Positions 8,581 to 11,639 of a stretch of 11,639 nucleotides of DNA are shown here, one piece after another (position 1 is the first letter of the stretch; each line of letters begins with the position of its first letter). The notes beneath the pieces are model-generated. The model did no database searches. It saw nothing but the letters and a program-made list of their open reading frames with translations, and was not told the origin of the DNA. The stretch comes from a virus (Duplodnaviria > Heunggongvirae > Uroviricota > Caudoviricetes). The position numbers were made by a program, and so were the translations under genes. Where the stretch lies: the IMG/VR virus record IMGVR_UViG_2547132274_000009. One strand, 5' to 3'.

Positions 8581-8896
8581 CCGTTTAACTCCGTGGTTAA
8601 TGGGTGCAACTATTTTCTGTTGTGCAGAGCATGAGACGCTATTTGCCCTGGATGGTCAGTGGATGAAACAACAGATACAGAAAAGGCGGGCAATTCGCCC
8701 GCATTTCCTAATTTGTACTAACCCAGCTTCCAACTGACAATTTACGTAGCCAAAAAGCTATCAAGTCTGGCAGACTGATTTGTACGAGGTGTGGATAACC
8801 ATAATTATGTGCATGCTAACATCACGGTGCATGAGTCAATCGGGTCTATGCCAAAGAATTACGCCTTGATTGACCATAGATTGCTTGCCCTTGAAT

Positions 8897-8925
8897 TTGA
8901 CCATTCCAATAAAATGAATTATGAT
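8897..8925 (+). promoter_or_regulatory. Putative sigma70 promoter for the HTH cargo gene
   Basis: -35 TTGACC (8897-8902), 17-bp spacer, -10 TATGAT (8920-8925). This is followed by SD GGAGG (8937-8941) and ATG at 8948. Confidence 0.3.
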
Positions 8926-8947
8926 AATCGTCAAATGGAGGTGCACA

Positions 8948-9592
8948 ATGATCAAACACACCGCAGCAGAAAGGGAAACCAACACTTCAGCTAAGCTGAA
9001 TGAACACCAGTTGAACCTTCTGAAAAGAATTAACAACCTCGCTATTTCCCTGATGCCTGAATTTGAAGACAAAAACCAGGCAATTAATGCTATCACGCTG
9101 GATGATAGTTCACTGATGCAATTGCTCTACACCGTTCAACTCGAACAGAAGACTCGTGTCAATGACTACGAACTACGTAAAGTGCGCCGTCGTCGCGAAA
9201 ATCTGGAACGATTTTATCGTGGGCTTCAGGAGTTAGGCGGTACGCTAAAGGTAAATGACGTGGTCGATATTCTTGGAATCACCCGCCAGGCGATCAACAT
9301 TCGCGTTAAGAAGAACAAGCTTTTAGCATTCAAGCAGAACGGTGATTTTATTTTCCCGAAATTTCAGTTCACAGATAACGGGCTGATTCCCGGCTTTGAA
9401 GACGTAATGGCGGCATTTGACGAGAATACCCATCCAATGCTGCGGTTGGGTGTGCTGAAATCACCAATAGAGGTTAATAGCGAAGGCCTGAAAAAGACGC
9501 CGATTCAAATCATGCAGGACGGCGCTAAAAATAGTGAACTTAGTCTGGCTATCCGTGCCGCTAAACAGTTCGGAAATCATGTATCCAGTTAA
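8948..9592 (+). CDS. Cargo protein with excisionase/MerR-type helix-turn-helix; C-terminal region weakly resembles Xre/MbcA/ParS-type toxin-binding antitoxin domains (hypothesis)
   Basis: 214-aa ORF. Start chosen at the ATG preceded by GGAGG with 6-nt spacing; the ORF-track start at 8921 has no RBS. HTH-like segment LKVNDVVDILGITRQAINIRVKKNKLLAF at ~9242..9352. AT-rich codon usage unlike the flanking phage genes. Confidence 0.6.
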   Translation: MIKHTAAERETNTSAKLNEHQLNLLKRINNLAISLMPEFEDKNQAINAITLDDSSLMQLLYTVQLEQKTRVNDYELRKVRRRRENLERFYRGLQELGGTLKVNDVVDILGITRQAINIRVKKNKLLAFKQNGDFIFPKFQFTDNGLIPGFEDVMAAFDENTHPMLRLGVLKSPIEVNSEGLKKTPIQIMQDGAKNSELSLAIRAAKQFGNHVSS

Positions 9593-9600
9593 TTGTTTTA

Positions 9601-9628
9601 AAAAGAGGGGCTAGCCAGCCCCTCTTTG
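9601..9628. terminator. Bidirectional Rho-independent terminator shared by the convergent cargo genes
   Basis: aaaa-gaggggct-agcc-agcccctc-ttt: 8-9 bp GC-rich stem (around palindromic gctagc), flanked by an A-tract and a T-tract. It lies between the stop of the + gene (9590-9592) and the stop of the - gene (9631-9633). Confidence 0.6.
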
Positions 9629-9630
9629 GT

Positions 9631-10341
9631 TTACATTGGTTCTGGCGTAATTTCGAATCCAAGCAGTTCTTCGAACATCTCTTCACCTGACATCGTTCCT
9701 TTGTGCCACCCTTTAGGGAAGATACCTTCGTCATTTTCGATGTAACTGGCATAAGGCACCATCCCCTGAGGGGTATCGGTAAAGGCTGGTGTACTATCCG
9801 GTCGTTCCCAAAAGGCATAACAGCGTTTATAGCGTTTATGCCTTGAGGTATAGGCTATCCCGTCATAGTCACGCCCGAAATGTGTATAAAGATGTTCCAT
9901 TAGCCATTGAGTAAAAGTGTAATCCTCGTTCTCTAAGCTATCCAAAGGAATATGTAACAACTCACAGAGCGCTACAACATCGATCACTTTCACTGGCCTC
10001 ATGACATCCACAGAGCACATATAGTGTTGTGAAAGTACCGATTCAGGATAAGAAATCGTCCCTTCGAGATGGAGCAAACGCCCATAAGCTTCTGCCGCCG
10101 CCGTTAACGCAGAGTCAGAGGCATACCATACCGCCACACATCCCCCTGGGGGGTTGTATCGCCCACATTCATTTTCCTCAATTGGCGCTCTGAAGTTGAT
10201 TGCGCTTTCATACAACGCCATTTGATGACGCTTCAAAAGACCAGAGCCTGGTTGAATGTCAATCGCCGGAATACGTCCAGATTTATTTTTTGCAGCAATT
10301 CCTTGTGCAACAATATTTTTTTCAAATGTCCATTTGGTCAT
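9631..10341 (-). CDS. RES-domain-like protein; candidate NAD+-targeting toxin or abortive-infection effector (hypothesis)
   Basis: 236-aa ORF. Start chosen at the ATG 8 nt after AAGGAG (plus 10350-10355); the ORF-track start at 10389 is 16 codons upstream with no RBS. Motif ECGRYNPPGGCVAVWYASDSALTAAAE (Arg61, Ser75/77, Glu84) resembles the GGRWNPP...Y.ADSA....E core of RES toxins as I recall them (MbcT/ParT type). No search was run. Confidence 0.55.
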   Translation of the reverse strand: MTKWTFEKNIVAQGIAAKNKSGRIPAIDIQPGSGLLKRHQMALYESAINFRAPIEENECGRYNPPGGCVAVWYASDSALTAAAEAYGRLLHLEGTISYPESVLSQHYMCSVDVMRPVKVIDVVALCELLHIPLDSLENEDYTFTQWLMEHLYTHFGRDYDGIAYTSRHKRYKRCYAFWERPDSTPAFTDTPQGMVPYASYIENDEGIFPKGWHKGTMSGEEMFEELLGFEITPEPM

Positions 10342-10405
10342 TTTTACTACTCCTTCTATAAACAGATTAAGCCATAGGCTCCTCTCCATATTGATTGAAA
10401 ATAAT

Positions 10406-10429
10406 CCCTACCGTGCTTGCCCGGCAGGG
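10406..10429 (-). terminator. Terminator-like hairpin with T-tract, ~65 nt upstream of the RES-like gene start
   Basis: Minus-strand transcript reads CCCTGCCG-ggcaagca-CGGTAGGG (8-bp stem with one G-U pair) followed by ATTATTTTC. It could end the upstream tail-fibre operon or act as a leader attenuator. Confidence 0.35.
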
Positions 10430-10756
10430 GGTATGAGAACATGTGTATCTCAATCTCGATTATACCAAGCAAATTTTCTATTTTTCGGAAATTTAGAGAG
10501 TTTTTTTAATGCTTCGCATGCCTTCTCGATGTATTGATGGGGCTGAAAAGAAGAAATAACGCAGGAAGTTTTACGGAAAGGAGAACTATAAAGATTTTTA
10601 TCAAGTGAATTAGAAATAAGAACTTCGCAGGATACTGCATTTTTAGTGAAGATGGGTTGAGTTTCTCAGCAAGAGTCCCGCGAGAGCCATATTGACAGCA
10701 TGCATGACTCGGAGATTATTCCCCATGCAGGATGGTACACCAATGCAAGAGTTGGT

Positions 10757-10930
10757 TTACGCAAATGATTGGATGATCGCGATTACCGACCGTACATTGC
10801 GCAAATAACGTTCTGCGTCGATGCTATTAAGATGCCCCGACCACACCGTACGACGGACGCCGTAGTGATCCGAGCTTAAGAATAGATAATCTTTTCTCTC
10901 CTGATTCACCGTTCGCAGTGCGTTTTCCAT
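10757..10930 (-). CDS. Hypothetical small ORF (57 aa from ATG; the ORF-track version starts at a GTG at 10945)
   Basis: ORF only: MENALRTVNQERKDYLFLSSDHYGVRRTVWSGHLNSIDAERYLRNVRSVIAIIQSFA. No convincing RBS and no recognisable motif. It may be a gene remnant or non-coding. Confidence 0.15.
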   Translation of the reverse strand: MENALRTVNQERKDYLFLSSDHYGVRRTVWSGHLNSIDAERYLRNVRSVIAIIQSFA

Positions 10931-11035
10931 AGCTGTCGCAAGCACAATACTTCCGCTACAGGCACAGAGCGGACTGTCAGATTAGTTTTTACTCTGTGCC
11001 ATAGATGAGTAATCTCACACCAGAGCTAATACGAT

Positions 11036-11614
11036 TTATTGCGGCATTTCTGGCCATTCTATATCCGGAGCATTTTCCGGCTGAACGCGATTCAGTAGCA
11101 CACGGTATTTTTTCCAGTGTGTCAGGCTTAACTTTTCTTCCTCGGTAGCCATATCTAAATCGACAGCATCCTGCAGCGTGGCAATAATTTCACCTGCATA
11201 TGCAATCAGCTCTTTCTTCTGAGAGTCAGCCGCTCTGACAAGCGCATCACGCTCTGCATTCTCATCATTCACCCACGCATTTCCGTCCCATTTCTGATAA
11301 TCCCCATCCGGGGAAATGGCTGTCACGTCTGGAGGTAATGCGCCAAGTTCAGAAATATAAATGGCTGCTCCCGTTTTCGTTTCGTAGACAGTCTTTCCGC
11401 GATGATCTTCCATCAACTCCCATTTCATTTCATCTGCATTGAAAACGGCTGCATAACCAGCCGGTATATCAGGCGGCGCAATATCTGTACTGTTTGCAGG
11501 CAGACCTGTATACGGCGGAATATACGCATCACTTTCCCCAATAAATTCATTGGTTCCATCAAGTAAATTGAAAACGCGGATAGTTTGTGCTTCTGCACTC
11601 ATTCTGAAAGCCAT
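11036..11614 (-). CDS. Tail fiber assembly protein (gpG/Tfa-like chaperone)
   Basis: 192-aa [62 protein letters not shown]...[26 protein letters not shown]. The N- and C-terminal signatures are typical of enterobacterial Tfa proteins. It occupies the P2 G position, upstream of the Z/fun locus. Confidence 0.85.
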   Translation of the reverse strand: MAFRMSAEAQTIRVFNLLDGTNEFIGESDAYIPPYTGLPANSTDIAPPDIPAGYAAVFNADEMKWELMEDHRGKTVYETKTGAAIYISELGALPPDVTAISPDGDYQKWDGNAWVNDENAERDALVRAADSQKKELIAYAGEIIATLQDAVDLDMATEEEKLSLTHWKKYRVLLNRVQPENAPDIEWPEMPQ

Positions 11615-11639
11615 TATGCAAGCCTCACAATATAGTTAA

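Larger units (their letters stand above)
1850..11639. mobile_element. P2-like (Peduovirus-type) prophage, right arm; continues beyond the window end
   Basis: Collinear P2 gene order on the minus strand: G-like tfa, cargo, FI, FII, E/E', T, U, D, ogr, then the att core next to host cyaR. Protein lengths match P2 (FI 396, FII 172, E 91, T 815, U 159, D 387, Ogr 72 aa). Confidence 0.85.

Noticed and set aside
8581-8700. Ogr-dependent late promoter (TGT-N12-ACA dyad) upstream of FI
   Set aside because: No exact dyad found by eye on either strand, so no promoter feature was called. It may be degenerate and would need alignment to P2 promoters.
8921-8947. Upstream start (MIIVKWRCT...) for the HTH gene
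   Set aside because: It has no Shine-Dalgarno sequence, and the putative -10 element would lie inside it. The ATG at 8948 has GGAGG at ideal spacing.
10342-10389. Upstream start (MERSLWLNLFIEGVVK...) for the RES-like gene
   Set aside because: A strong AAGGAG lies inside this extension, positioned to serve the downstream ATG at 10341.
10256-10537. 93-aa plus-strand ORF
   Set aside because: It overlaps the 5' end of the RES-like gene on the opposite strand, with no RBS and an implausible hydrophobic low-complexity product.
10435-10760. Possible type III toxin-antitoxin RNA repeat array or retron-like ncRNA upstream of the RES-like gene
   Set aside because: I found no tandem direct repeats and no long a1/a2-type inverted repeats in this stretch. 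Only a single hairpin is present, reported separately.
1-11639. CRISPR array, tRNA or rRNA genes
   Set aside because: No regularly spaced direct repeats and no cloverleaf-like or rRNA-like conserved segments were seen. The att core here lies in an sRNA terminator, not a tRNA.

Overview
The window spans a junction between an Escherichia-type chromosome and the right arm of an integrated P2-like prophage. Host part: yegQ (344..1705, +) followed by the CRP-dependent sRNA gene cyaR (~1790..1876, +), whose terminator coincides with a P2-type att core. Prophage part, all on the minus strand: ogr, D, U, T (tape measure), E and the frameshifted E+E', FII (tube), FI (sheath), then a ~2.45 kb AT-rich cargo island (8581..11035), then a tail fiber assembly gene (G/Tfa-like). 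The cargo island sits at the position of the P2 Z/fun moron locus, which I recall from the literature as a hotspot for anti-phage genes. It carries a convergent gene pair sharing one terminator: a 214-aa protein with an excisionase/MerR-type HTH, and a 236-aa protein with a RES-domain-like motif (GRYNPPGG...YASDS...AAAE). I interpret this as a candidate, possibly undescribed, RES-type NAD+-targeting toxin/abortive-infection module. This call rests on motif recognition from memory, with no database search, and needs HMM and structural confirmation. No rRNA, tRNA or CRISPR array was seen.
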